Assembly: GCA_028534125.1 (NCBI GenBank)
Contig: CM052817.1
Location: forward strand, 77,378,001-77,442,000
DNA: 64,000 bases
Reading direction: 5' to 3'
Source of the DNA: Lama glama
Lineage: Eukaryota
A model generated the notes under the pieces. The model was given only the letters and a program-made list of their open reading frames with translations. It had not been told where the DNA came from and searched no databases. A program made the translations under genes and the position numbers. Each line of letters begins with the position of its first letter. Within the stretch, counting starts at the first letter, position 1. Positions 13,820 to 26,844 of the stretch are shown piece by piece.

Positions 13820-16644
13820 CACATGTGAGAGTGAATCACTTCCTTTTCTGCTGATGCATAGAGAATTTGAAGAAATATTCATTTTATGCATTGATGGCAC
13901 TTATATGTAATTCATAGTCTTAATTCCCTTTACTTCATTAATATGAGATAGTCTAGGCAACTAAACTCTCTCAATTGAAACTAAGTATTTTCTTGTATGT
14001 GCCTCAGTCTAGGATAGAATTAATGAAATAGGATATGCTAATTTTCATCAGCAGTAACAACAAGGAATATAAGATGGGAGAAGTTTCCAATGGGAGTATA
14101 CCAGTAAAAAATAATTCCTTTAAAAAGGATTTTCATGCTGTTATTTTAAGCATTTCTCTGAAATACTTTTAAAAATCTGTAAAATTCAGATTTTTTAGAA
14201 TTGATATATAGACTTCTCAGAAAGAAATAAATATTTGAGAGTAAGACAGTTATACATTTCAGAAGGTAAATGGTGTAATGTGTAGGGAACAGAAAGGTTT
14301 AGGTATAAGATTTATTTTTAATCTATTCAAAGTCAGCAGCCTGAGACAGGAATAGACTCTGGGTTCAGGTGTTCTCATTTGTCAGATGAGAAGATCAGAT
14401 TATTTAATCTCTTATATCCTGAACAGCTCTGATATTCTGAGATTCTCTCATTAGTAGAATGACTTTTGATGCATTATTCATTTTTGTTGCTCATCATAGA
14501 AATATGAGATTAAAGTTAGGGGTGGGTTAGGTCATTGGTGTCACTTCATGTATCATTAAAAGTCCAAGAAGAATTGTTGGGCAGTAGGTTTTGTGATATG
14601 TGTTACGTGGAGTGAGGGTTGATGTGAAGAAAAAGCTATTAATGGATTTAAGGAAGTGGTAGATGGATGTGTCTGTTATTATGCAACTGTAGGTCATGAC
14701 CATTTATTTAGTTATAGAAAGCATGCTGCAGAAGCCTATGCAACGAGTGGTGCTTCTTTAGAAAGCCATCATTAGGATGTTCAAAAGAAGTGAAGCAGTT
14801 GCTTGGACAATTTCACGACCCATCCCTTGTTAGCATGACCATGAGACAATTAGTCAAACACCTGCTCCTCACTGCCATACCCCCAAAGTACTAAATACAA
14901 GGAAGTTCAAAGTATTTTACATTATAAGTGAGTATTGAGAATATTTTAAAATAAAAACACCTTGAGTATTCACAACTTTCTTAGGTTTTAAAATATTATT
15001 TTGCTTTGTTTTACTTTTTAACTCTTGAATTTATCACTATCATGGTCTCTTTCACAGATTAAAATTTTAAAAAATTGCCAAGATACAAGTAATCCCTTGG
15101 AAACAAGAAAATAAAAAGCTGAAGAAATCACAGTAAGTTGTATTAGTAATGGAATCACCCAGATACTAACTTGTTTAGCTATTGAGAAAAGAAAAGGGTA
15201 CTTTCTAATATTGCTAAATTATCTTAAATTGATATAGCATTAATTCTCTCAAATTATAAGATAATAATAATTGACTCCTAAAGACTTTCTAAAAAAAATA
15301 ATGCCTGATATTTCATTAGTCTCTTAGGAATTCTCAGAAATCCCCCACATAAAATACTTACTTGTTTTAAACTTTATTATAGTGGTTCAATCATTCTGGT
15401 GTCAATGTTTTAAGATATGGGGGGTTTAGCAGGAAGATTTGTGAGCCAGGATCATATCCTGTTATGTTGTTTTATTTTTATAAATGCTAGAAGTTACTTC
15501 ATTTTATCCTTACATTTTAGATACTGCAATTCTAAAAATTGATATGCATTATATTATTCATTAAAACTTTCACTAGACGAAAAATAGAGAGAAGCAGACA
15601 TTTCAAACTTAAAGATTATTATTATTAAACAGCCATCCCCCTCTTTGCATGCACTAGATCAAAATAATCATTGTATTAAGCTATCTGAATTTATTCTAGG
15701 CACCAAGAAAAAGACAATACATGGCAGGAAAGTTGCACATTTTTCATTCACAAGGAAATGAATGTCATATTTTTATTAGAAATCAATGATTCAAGAAGTC
15801 ATATTTTGCAGATATAATTCTGAAAAGCAAAAGTGTCATTGTCAAATCATCACAAAATGTATGGGTAATTATCTCCAGTTTACTTGAAAAGGAGTAAAGT
15901 TAGATTGCTAACATTCAAGCTAATGTTTGAGCTAATTCTGCCACGCTGATACCGGATTCCTATTGAGAATACTTAGAGAACTACTGTTCTCACAAAAATA
16001 TGATGTTTGTCTTGTATGCCAAATAATAGCCTTTTGAGAGAAGAGCTGTTGCTTTGTAAATGTATACCACATGTGTTGTGAGCCATTTTTCTACTAGTAG
16101 CAATCACATAGGTAGAAAGAGTTCTGTTCTACCATGCATTACACACACTCTCTAAAAGTACACTAATTTGGTGACTTTTTTCCATCTTGAGTTTAAATAC
16201 CGTATCATTGCATGTGTGTGAAGTGTCCATTTTTAAGATGATTTAAATACTGTCTTGTATTTTGAGTTTGATTATTGCACAATTCTAGTCAATTTATCTT
16301 TGAATATGTCTCTTTTACGTTTTGGCCCCATCACTCACATTAGAAAGGGCCACACTTTTAGGGGTCAAGCACATATATATACTAATGAGTTGAAACTTCG
16401 GATGAAAAATTCCAGCAAACAGGCTCAGTTATTATAATTAGAGAGGAACCGAAGAAATGTTTGTTTTTAATAGAAAGTAGATTTTCACATTGATTTCTAT
16501 TCAAAGTAGAAGTATCTATACTGTCCACATTTTTCTATTAAAATAGACTATGTTCTCCTGCTAACTAGTTTAACATTTCCACCTTTGTTTATCCCAAAAG
16601 ACTGTATTTGAAAGATTCATACTGAAAATCAAAATTGTATTAGT

Positions 16645-16650
16645 AATAAA
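16645..16650 (+). terminator. Likely main SYNPO2 polyadenylation signal
   Basis: AATAAA with upstream TGTA motifs and a downstream U/GU-rich element. Other AATAAA copies are at 14226, 14950, 15110, 17180 and 17326. Confidence 0.6.
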
Positions 16651-17451
16651 AATTAACTTGCAAATCAACTTAAAGAGCCTTTTCATGTTTTCCTTGTAAA
16701 AAAAATTGTTTTGAATTAGTCTTCATTCCAAAGAGTTAATCTTATCAACTACATATTTTAAAATTTTAGTTTCTATGGTATCAGCTTCCAGACACATCAC
16801 AACAATTTCAGGCTGATTGATAGCATTTTAACTGTAACATTTAAAAACTGAAAAAACCACTTACCTCAAAATATGATCAATTTCACATGTAAGTTAAGAG
16901 GCTTTGGATCCATATCTTAATATCATAATAGTATTCCTTTCTAACTTAATATTATTTTAATGTTATTCTTTATTAATTTTTTCTTCCATAGTATATTGAA
17001 AATCAGTCCTAAGCACAAGCATAGCCAATGGTAATATAACTTGATAATGTGCTGGCTGAATTTCTAAAACCATTCTGGACTCAGAGAATCTACTATGTTT
17101 GTCATTCCAGTGCTTTCAGTTGCTTGTCCTCTTTAGACTGCCCCAACCTGGACCTCAATTAAACTGAAGACTTCATTATAATAAAACATGTTTAAGTAAA
17201 ACTTTTAAAAAGCGCCTTTGGCTCTTCCTGCATACTATTAAAACCACCAGTTGGAATGTGAGCTCCCTGGTCAATGACATCATGCAGAACAGCTTTTTGA
17301 CACTTCTTTTTTTTTTTAAATTATGAATAAAATGGCTGTTTTTGGCCTTCTGATAAAAAATATTTTTACAGGGCTAGCACTTGAAACATTCTTCAAAAAT
17401 GAGGACTGTTTTAAAGATTAAAATGACAAGAGATAGTAGCACTGTACTGTC

Positions 17452-17926
17452 TGTCAACTTAAAGAAAAACACACAACATAGAGTTGTGAGTTTCAGTTTT
17501 ATTCGGGGTCTTATTAAGGACTAGAGCCCGGGAGGCAGCCTCTCAGTAGCTCTGAGAAACTGCTCTGAAGAGGCAAGGGAGGAGCCAGTAAATATATGAA
17601 ATTTTTGGCTAGAAAATATGGGTAGTCAAGCATGCATCTTGGTAAAATATTACTGCTAATCACATAGAACAGATAGCTCACATTAATGATTTCAGTGCTT
17701 TCCTGCAAGAAACAGGGGTCACTGAAACTCTTCCTGAGATAGGTATCTTAACTACCCAGGGGGGGTTGTTTATCCAAACCACAGAATGCCTCCTCCCATT
17801 TTCTTCATCCTGTATTCCCCACTCTGAGTGCACTCTCCTGTCAGTGGGCCGACTGCAGTGGATTTTGACTTAACCCTTTGTATAACTGGATGATGAGGGA
17901 CATTCTTTGCTCTTTTTTTGTTCACA
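17452..17926 (-). mobile_element. Solo LTR, ERV1 class
   Basis: TG...CA ends, 4-bp TSD tgtc (17448-17451 and 17927-17930), minus-strand AATAAA at 17498-17503. Its 3' part resembles the LTR at 52279-52774. Confidence 0.85.
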
Positions 17927-20349
17927 TGTCTGAAAATGCTAATGCCATAGAAAAAGCCCCTTTTCTCTTAGGAACTCCTAGCATTCAGTAAACATAAATT
18001 TCAAAACATGCCAAGAGGTTGGTAGTGTTATCTCCACATGGATCCAGCAGGTGGCCTGAGGCAAGGAGAATCCAATTTCTAGTAACCAGGAAGACAGCAA
18101 CAAAGATGCTTCGGGACTAGTCAATGTTTCCCAAGTCTGCATAATACCAGAAGTATTTAGTGTAAAGTTCTTTTCCTCAGTGGTTTTGGAAAATAAGACC
18201 TGTGACTTCTCAAATTTAATGGAGCAGTATTTTTCACAAAGGAACATTTCATTTACAGCCTTATAAACTGTGACAGTTTATATTTCTAGAAAGAGTCCGA
18301 CAATTTCTCCTATAAAAATCAAGTAACTTTATGAAGGGAACTTAAAGAGGAAATGGCACCAATTTATCTTGTTCTGGTATTTTTTTCCTCTCTAACGTTG
18401 TAGCAAACATTTGCTATATTGTACCTTCTTTCTCCTTGACTTTTCTGTTGCCCTTCTTCATAAACTGTCCTCTATTCCCACCTTGCTGAAAGAAGAAAAA
18501 GTTTTATCTCCTTGTCAGGATTTTGAGATTTATACTTCTTACTTGAGGCTCTGAAAAGGCTTTACAGAGCAGGACTGCCCCACCATTATGATTTGAATAA
18601 ATGTGAGGTTTGCCCTAAATTACCAAGTAAATTATAACAGGGTATACATAGGCAAAGGCACAATCTTACTTAAGCCCAAACTGATGTTGAAGAACCCTGT
18701 CTACATTACTATGAACATTCAGAGGGAGAGATAGGATCCTGCTAAGCCTTTTGTCAGCATCACTTTTTCTAGGAAAAAAATGATCCATTTAGACAACTGA
18801 GTTATAGATGTATTCTGCTAGGTATAGTGCATGTGCTAAGTAAAGTGGGTCCTTAAATTAGGGAAGATACACTGTACTGCCCGTACTAGCACTTGGATGA
18901 AGCAACCATTTTTTAAGCAGCATAGAAATCCACGACAGGAGTCCACAGCAGCTGTGCAGCACCCCAGGGCTGGTCCCTGAACTGTCAGGACTAGCCTCAT
19001 TTCAAAAGGCAGTTTTTCCTGTTCTTCTGCATCTCATTCCTACCACAGCCTTCTGCCAGATCAGGACATAGGACAGAGAAGAATACTATGTTAGAGATAC
19101 ATACATATATACATACAGGAGAGGGAGTTTACCTATTTTCCCAAACTTGGTTTTATTTGGAACTTTATGCCCGTTATGTGAAATTTTGTCCTTCAATCCC
19201 AATGATATCTTCTCTGACTTCTATCTACAGTAACTACAGCTCTGATTATTATCAATACAAAATTTCTTTAATCTGTTGAAGTTGATACTTACTAGATGGC
19301 TGAGAAGAGGAAAAAGAACTCTGATTTTGTGATAAAACAGCCAGAGCTCAGTGTTCAATTAAGCCAAGACCCATGTCTAGCATGAATTTGATAAAGAAAA
19401 CAACTAAAAAGAGGGCAGAGGTTTCATGTCCTGTAGTGTTCTCCAGTGGTGGTGTTCGAAAATCTTACAGTGTTTCTAATCAAGATTCAACTGGTTCTTC
19501 TACAATATGTTTGAATAAGGAAAGTAACTAGATTTCTCATTTGGATAAAAAAGAAGCTATTGAGAAAGAAATAGAATTAATTATTCAAGGTCCGTATGTT
19601 CAAAGTGCTATCATGTAGGAAAAAATCAGAGGTATGAAAAATTCTATAGATATTTTACCTGAGGAAGTTGCAAAATAACGTGTAACACGTTTTTATTTCA
19701 CCAGAACCCTGCTATAAAGTTATTCTTAAAACAAAGCACATTAAAAGAGGGCCATACCAAGATGGAAAAGAAAGGGAGGGGGTGAATTTTAGCCATAAGT
19801 ATAAAAATGATTTTACTCCGATGAAGACATTGATATTTGTGGCATAAATATTTCCATAAAATGTGCATTGCATTCACTGTAAGAAATCTTCCTTCAGGCA
19901 TTAAACTGCCCAACTTTGCATTTTCCCCAATTATCAATGGCAAGATTTGATTTTAATCTAAGAAAATTGTTATTTTGATGAAGATAGCAGAATTATCAGA
20001 TCAGCAAGTAATGCGCATCCTGATTTTAAATTTCTTTGACAAGGGAAACATGAAATTTTATTAGCCCGAGCAGGTTTAAAAACATTGAATGATGTTTCTG
20101 TTATGCCCTAGACTTTTTTTCTTGGTACAATAAGTGTACCTAGAATTGGATTTAAAGGGACAGCAAATTCAAATCCTTTCCCGTAAGTGGAAAGCTAATA
20201 CAAATGGGCTCACCATAGCCTAAGGCCTGATGAGGAAGAATGGAATGTCACAATTGGTGGACATTTAGTAATTCCTCTAGAATGCATCACTTTTGACGAG
20301 GTCACATAAAGTCCTTTTGTTGGCAGCTCTTGGAACTACTGTCATGGGG

Positions 20350-21260
20350 AGATGGATGCATTCACTTATCAATCAGCAACGCTTTATCATTTACCTACTC
20401 AAGGCCATATACAATGCTTCATGCTAGGGGTAATAATAGTGAATAAAATGTGGTCTCCATCCCCAGGGAGCTGATAGTGCTGAGAGAGGGTATAATGTAA
20501 GGAGACAAGAATGCCGATAGGCTTGTAAATAGAGATTATGAGAACAGCAGGAAAAAAAAAATCCAACCCTAAGGATGGGAGGATTGCTGTGTGTGGGGTG
20601 GAAGGGTCCTCTTATAGAAGCCTTTTTGTTAGAATTCATGGCAGAGTTGAGTCTTAAAGACTGAGTGGGAGTAACTGGTAGAGGTTGAGTACAGCTGAGA
20701 GGAAGCCCATTCCAGACAGAGGGCACAGCACAGTGCTGATAAACTCCAGACAGTTTTGTGTTCTTACTGGATAATAAAGTGAGAATCAAAAAGCAGTGAA
20801 TTTTATCCTACAGAAAAGGGTAAACTTCTTTTTTTTTAAAATGCCAGACAGTAAATACTTTAGGTTTAAAGAATCATAGGGCTTCGACTCAACTCCACAA
20901 AAGTAGCCACAGCTAATATAAAAATGAATGAATGTAGCTTAATAAAATTTTATTTATGGAGATAGTAATTGGAATTTCATATAATTTTCAAAAGTCATCA
21001 AGTATTATTAAAAAAATTTTTTCCAGCCACTTAAAAGTGGAAAAACTATTTGTAACCTTTACTATTTGTACAAAAATAGGCATCAGGCCAAATTTGGGCC
21101 GTTGGCCATGGTTTGCCTATTCCTGCTGTTAGTCAACAATGGAGAGCCATTTAAAGGATTTAAAACAAGGAATTGGCCTGATCTAGCTTTCTTGGTAGGA
21201 AGTTCATTTTGGCAGCAGTGAGGAAGATGTATTTGAGAGAGGAGGGCCTGGGGAAAGAAG
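20350..21260 (-). mobile_element. L2 fragment with a nested MER58B-like hAT element (about 20810-21125)
   Basis: L2 motifs on both sides. The MER58-like part has gccagacagtaaatactttagg...ggccaaatttgggcc...gtttgcctattcctg. Confidence 0.65.
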
Positions 21261-22899
21261 GACACAAAGAGCTGTCAAATGTTTCCTGTGGAAAGGAGGC
21301 ATGGTGTGCCTTCTTGAACACTTTGTAATAAATCAGTCAACACTAGAATCCCCCCAGGTGTCCCCTCCCTCCGCTATTATTGCCCACACCTTTCTCTGCC
21401 ACCGTGCCTCCTCCTCCTACATCACACTCCTCCTCATCTCACATCCCCATCCCAAACACACACCAGCTGCTAGCTGGCCTTCTCTTTAAAACTCTTTCAA
21501 TAGAACAGAGAACAGGGAATTTTGCTGAAAGAGTGACCACCAGCAGCCCCACTTCTCTAATTTCTGGGAAGATAGTGATGGCTGAGCAAGCATTAGGATG
21601 ACCCAACTTACTCCAGGCCATCATATATGTTACAGATGTGGTTACAATTTTGGAACATTTATTTTCCAGTTGACAGGAATAAATCTTCTTTTAAATTTGC
21701 ATTTGGCACATAATGTAATGCTGTCTCAGAAAACTGAAATGATAAGCTTCTTTTCCTGCAGCATAATCTAAGATTTTATCCTTTGCTAAATAATCTTGAT
21801 TTCAAAGCATTTAAAATTAAATATGCTCAAAAATGCTTTGATACCAAAATTATTTTAATAGATTAAGAACTAAAATAGGAATATCTTTGGTAAGTTTTCA
21901 AAACTCATAGACTATTAAAATGAGAAGGGGGCCTAGAGACCATATAATCAAATATAGGAGGGATTTAAAAAGCCAAAATGAGCACCAGGTTCTTTTTCCT
22001 TTCCAAGTTGTATTCTTTCTTCAAAGAATTGATTACAGAACTTTTCTAACTCAATATCTGCTAGATTTAAGATGGCAGTGTTATCCTACCTTTGGTACAA
22101 CACCGTTTTCAAACATGAATGTTGCTGTACTACTGATTCCATTTTAAGCTCTTAAGGCACTTGATGTGCATAGACCTGAGACAGTGTTAGGTTGTTCTAG
22201 ACACTGCCCATGGTAACAACCCTCCTCCCTTCCTGTTCTACAGACAGAGGTGATGTCATTGGCAATTGAGGGGATAGTTTTATGTTGCACTATATCATTA
22301 TCTTCATTCCAAAATTCTCCCCAAATGGAGAGAAGGAGAACGTGGTAATGGAAGAAGTATAATAATGTGTGCTTCTAAAAGAGCAAAGCAGAAAAAGCCA
22401 GAGTTGACTACAATAGTAACTCATTCTAACTAAAGCAACTCTGGAGTCTGGAAATTGCCAGTCTATTATATCCACAAAAACAGTTCAAACTCAAGAGTGA
22501 TGTGAAAATCTTTCAACAGGATGATATGTGAAAAATTATGACAAACAGACATTCACAAGAGTTTAATTATTATGGATCTTCAAAAAGAGGGGAAAAAATG
22601 GGAAAAGTGCCACAAAACCTGAGCAATTCTGCTACATACTCTTCTGATCTGCTCTGATTTCATCCAAATGAAATGTCCTAAACATGGCAAGGTACAGATT
22701 TGTACTGGAGACTTAGCTGTTGCTTATCTACTTTCACAGAATTAACAACAAAGTTATTCAATAATCAAGAAAAAATTAATAGAGATTTATTTGGCCTAAT
22801 TTACTTGAATGATTATTCTCTTTCATTGCATTCATCCAATCACTCATCAGGAATATATGAAGTATTTTTTAGGTGGTAAGTACTCTACTAGGTAGCAAG

Positions 22900-23140
22900 A
22901 GTGATGATGATGATAGTTACCCTTTACAGATACTGGTAAAGTACCAAGCCCTATACTAAACACTTTAACTCCACTGTCTCTTAACCCTCCTAACTTTGTA
23001 CAGTTGATACTACTTCATATTCCCATTTACAGATGAAGAAACTGAGGCACCGAATGCATAAATAACTGACAGGGGTCATATCAGAAGAAAGTGGTAGATA
23101 AAGGATTTGAATTCGGGCCTTTCTGTTCACAGTCCACTCA
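22900..23140 (-). mobile_element. MIR SINE
   Basis: cccatttacagatgaagaaactgaggcac...ggatttgaattcgggc. Confidence 0.75.
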
Positions 23141-23804
23141 ATGTGCACTCATCTATACATACATCATAAATAGATGTAGATGGCATGGCCTCTCCATGTT
23201 TGGGAAACTAGATAGATAAATTTACAACAAAAGAAAAATCCTAAGGCATGTATGGGATCATGCTGAAAAGGATCATAGTGATTATCTAATCAAAACTCTC
23301 ATTTTGCCCAAAGAAAGTTGAGACCTAGCTAGGATGAAATGCCCAGTGGAGTACAGAAGCACTTTTCTCTACTCCTTGTGCTACTACGCAAGAGTGGGTC
23401 CTCATCATTTGTTACCTGGATTATTAAAATAGCATCATATTATGTCTCTCTATCTCCAGTTCCATTATTTTCTATTATAATCATATTTCTAAAACTCAGG
23501 TTTGTTAATACTGAACAACTCAAACTCTTCAAAATGGTTTTCTCTTCCCTTTTCCTGAAGGCCTGGCTCTGTCTTCTCAAGCACCAATCTATGCTTCCTG
23601 CTTCAGCTGCCACCACTGCTCCAGCTGGTGAATAAGTCACCTCCACAGCCCTGCTGTTCATGTTCCTTTCCTTGTGTGTTTGAGCATATGCTTCCCTCTG
23701 TCTAAAATGCCTTCTCCTTTCCTAGTCTGTGAACCTGTTCATCCTTCAAGAAGGAGCTCATATCATTCATTAAAGCATCTCATTCTCTAAGCTCCCTCCT
23801 CTGC

Positions 23805-24304
23805 NNNNNNNNNNNNNNNNNNNNNNNNNNNNNNNNNNNNNNNNNNNNNNNNNNNNNNNNNNNNNNNNNNNNNNNNNNNNNNNNNNNNNNNNNNNNNNNN
23901 NNNNNNNNNNNNNNNNNNNNNNNNNNNNNNNNNNNNNNNNNNNNNNNNNNNNNNNNNNNNNNNNNNNNNNNNNNNNNNNNNNNNNNNNNNNNNNNNNNNN
24001 NNNNNNNNNNNNNNNNNNNNNNNNNNNNNNNNNNNNNNNNNNNNNNNNNNNNNNNNNNNNNNNNNNNNNNNNNNNNNNNNNNNNNNNNNNNNNNNNNNNN
24101 NNNNNNNNNNNNNNNNNNNNNNNNNNNNNNNNNNNNNNNNNNNNNNNNNNNNNNNNNNNNNNNNNNNNNNNNNNNNNNNNNNNNNNNNNNNNNNNNNNNN
24201 NNNNNNNNNNNNNNNNNNNNNNNNNNNNNNNNNNNNNNNNNNNNNNNNNNNNNNNNNNNNNNNNNNNNNNNNNNNNNNNNNNNNNNNNNNNNNNNNNNNN
24301 NNNN
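23805..24304. other. Assembly gap (500 N)
   Basis: Run of exactly 500 N, probably a placeholder length. Confidence 1.
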
Positions 24305-25269
24305 GATTCAGAAGAGACTTCACTTCCTTTTCCCCAAAGCCTGCTCCTTCTCCTGCATGTCCCACTCAGTGCCTGTTTCCATCCACCAAAATACCTAAGT
24401 CACGACTGGAATCACTGCCCTAGTTTTCCCCCTCACCCTAACACTTACTCAACACATCAATCACCAGACCCCAAGAACTCCCCTCTCTTAGATCTCTGGT
24501 TATCCGCCTGCCCTACCACCTCCACCATTGTCACAGCATTGGATCAGGCCCTCACGGACTTTCACTGAAATCGTGTCCTAAGTAACTTGCTGCCGCATCT
24601 CCAGTCTGTTCCTCCTACAGGTGCCAGGATAATATTACAAAAATGCACGTAGGGTTACTCCCCTGCTTTTAAAGCCATCAACAGCTCCCCATGGTTCACA
24701 GGCTGAAGTCCCAACTCTTGGGAAGCCCTCTGGTATTTCATCTTTTCCTGCCTTTCAGCCTTACCTTTTGCTAATATCCCCTCTTCTTCTAGCACCTCAT
24801 ACTCCACCCACACCAAACTACTCACAATTCCATAAACTTTTTATATGGTTTCAGACAGCAAGCTTTGGCTCACACTTCTGTCTCTGCATTAAGTGCCTTT
24901 CAACACCATCCCCACACCTTTACCCATCTTTCGAGTCTCAACTCACCAATGGACTTGTCTCTGAAGCTTTTTGTGATTACTCTGCCTCTGCCCCAAATAG
25001 AACTGACATTTTCCTCCCTTATGTCCCCACCACTTCCAGGGCAGAACGTTTCCACAGAGCTTAGTTATAGTGATCCCATCAGTCTAGCATGATGCCTGCC
25101 TATCAGATTGTTTCACTGACAACACAATTCATGGACCAAAAGTTATTTTCCACCAGGAGTAGGTGCTGTGGCTAAATGTTGGAGAAGAGCAAAAGGCAGA
25201 TAAAATAGTCTTTGCCCTCATAACTCGTTTATGGTCACAAAGTAAAATCTTTCAGTCTAAAAGTCAAAA

Positions 25270-25460
25270 GCCCTCCCAGGACTTACCCTGAAGCTAATAC
25301 AGTTTAAGCTGATACCATGTAGCATAAGGGACTTGATTTACAGAGGCTCCTTCCAAAGTGCTGTGCTAATTTTGTATTTTTAATTTTAGATATTTATTTT
25401 CTTAAAGGGGGGCCAAATTTGGGCGTATTTCAGGCGCCACAAAACCTGCACTCACCTCTG
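25270..25460. mobile_element. Short hAT-type non-autonomous DNA transposon (Tip100-like; family uncertain)
   Basis: tgaagctaat...ctaattttgtatt...ttcttaaagggggg...tcaggcgccacaaaacctg...cctctg. Confidence 0.5.
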
Positions 25461-26149
25461 GTTCCAAAACTTAGATGATGAGCTGTGGTCACGAATTTTT
25501 GTAAACAAAGTTTGAAGAAAAGTCAATAGTGATTTGGAAGGGTTTGTGGCGGGTGGCACAGGCTTCCTCCTGTGGTGGTGGACTGAGTCCCAAACGGCAG
25601 TGGCTCAGCGCCACCCCTTCACTCTCCGCTGGAGCACAGCAGGTGGGTGGGGCCTCCCACCAAGAGTCTCCTATTGTCTCTCTCCTTCCCTACCACCCAC
25701 ACTCGCTAAAAGAAGAGTGGGCTAGAAAACAAGGAAGGAAAAGAAAAATGAAAAATATTTCAGGACTAGCAGAACACCATGGTTCTGAGCTACTAAGAGA
25801 AAATGCATCACTCTGGCTTCCTCTGTGTCATCTGGCTCTCAGAGATCCTGCGACCTGACTGAAATTTCAGAGTAAAACATTTTTGTTGTGGTTGGGAAGT
25901 GAGGGGAAGAGGGAAGTTATAAGCAAGAGGAAAAGAGAGGAAGGACATATGACAAAGACAAAGAACATGACTAATGAGTCCAGTTCTTCCTTGTGTCATC
26001 TGTGACCTCCCTGAGCATAGAAAAAGGAATAATGGGCTGAGATCCTATCATCCACATTCCTTCTCCCTACCCCACCCCTCCTTCAGCGTTTCCTCTAGAG
26101 TCATGGCTGGCCTGACACAATAGCTCCACGTGACAAAAGGGAGAAAGAG

Positions 26150-26844
26150 TGTTGTCGAAGAAGCCAAGTTCAAGTGCCTGATGCACAGTGAGTCCAAACA
26201 AACCAAAACATCAGAGTTTGGAACCAAGTTTATTAAAAGAGCCAAGCAAGGAGAATGGGCAGCTCATGCTCAAAACACCTAAACTCCCCAGAGGCTTTCA
26301 GGGAAGAGTTTTCAAAGGTAACATTTGGGCTGAGGGTTGCAGGGTGTATGACTTTCTTCTGATTGGTATTGAGGTAACAGGGTGGTGTTTCAGGAATCTC
26401 AGTCATTAACCTGGTTCTGACCAGTCTGGGGTCTACAAGCTTGTCCTCAGCATAAAGACACCATCCCCACCTGGGTAGGGGTCTTACTTCCTGCAGAACA
26501 ACTCAAAGATACATGTCAGACTGTTATGGATATCTCTTGAGGAGGAACTAGAGATTAAAGGAATATAACACACCAACTTTATAAATGAGCAACCAGACCC
26601 AGAGTGGGAAGGGACTCTTCCAAAGACACACTGTCAGTAAGGACGACGCTGGTGCTTTATCACTGAACTACTGTTTTTAGTTTGCTTTTCCTCTGCTTCT
26701 GCATTCCTTCACTTCCCTAATTAGTAACTATTTGAATATGCACCTTGGAACTCAGGTAAGATCTTTTTCTACAAACAAGACATAGGAGGCAGGGAGGGGC
26801 TTTTGTCCCTGGGGGAGGGCCCTGCAGGATCCTGCTCGGTTTCA
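26150..26844 (-). mobile_element. Solo LTR, ERV1 class, with an internal insert of about 100 bp
   Basis: tgttg...tttca ends and 4-bp TSD agag (26146-26149 and 26845-26848). Colinear with the LTR at 50957-51510. Confidence 0.85.

Larger units (their letters stand above)
13647..16670 (+). other. SYNPO2: SYNPO2 3' UTR (end approximate)
   Basis: Follows the TAA stop. AT-rich and nearly repeat-free for about 3 kb, ending at AATAAA 16645-16650 followed by a U-rich tract (ttttcatgttttccttgt). Confidence 0.7.

Noticed and set aside
23787..24365. 192-aa ORF in the track
   Set aside because: Artefact of reading through the 500-N gap.
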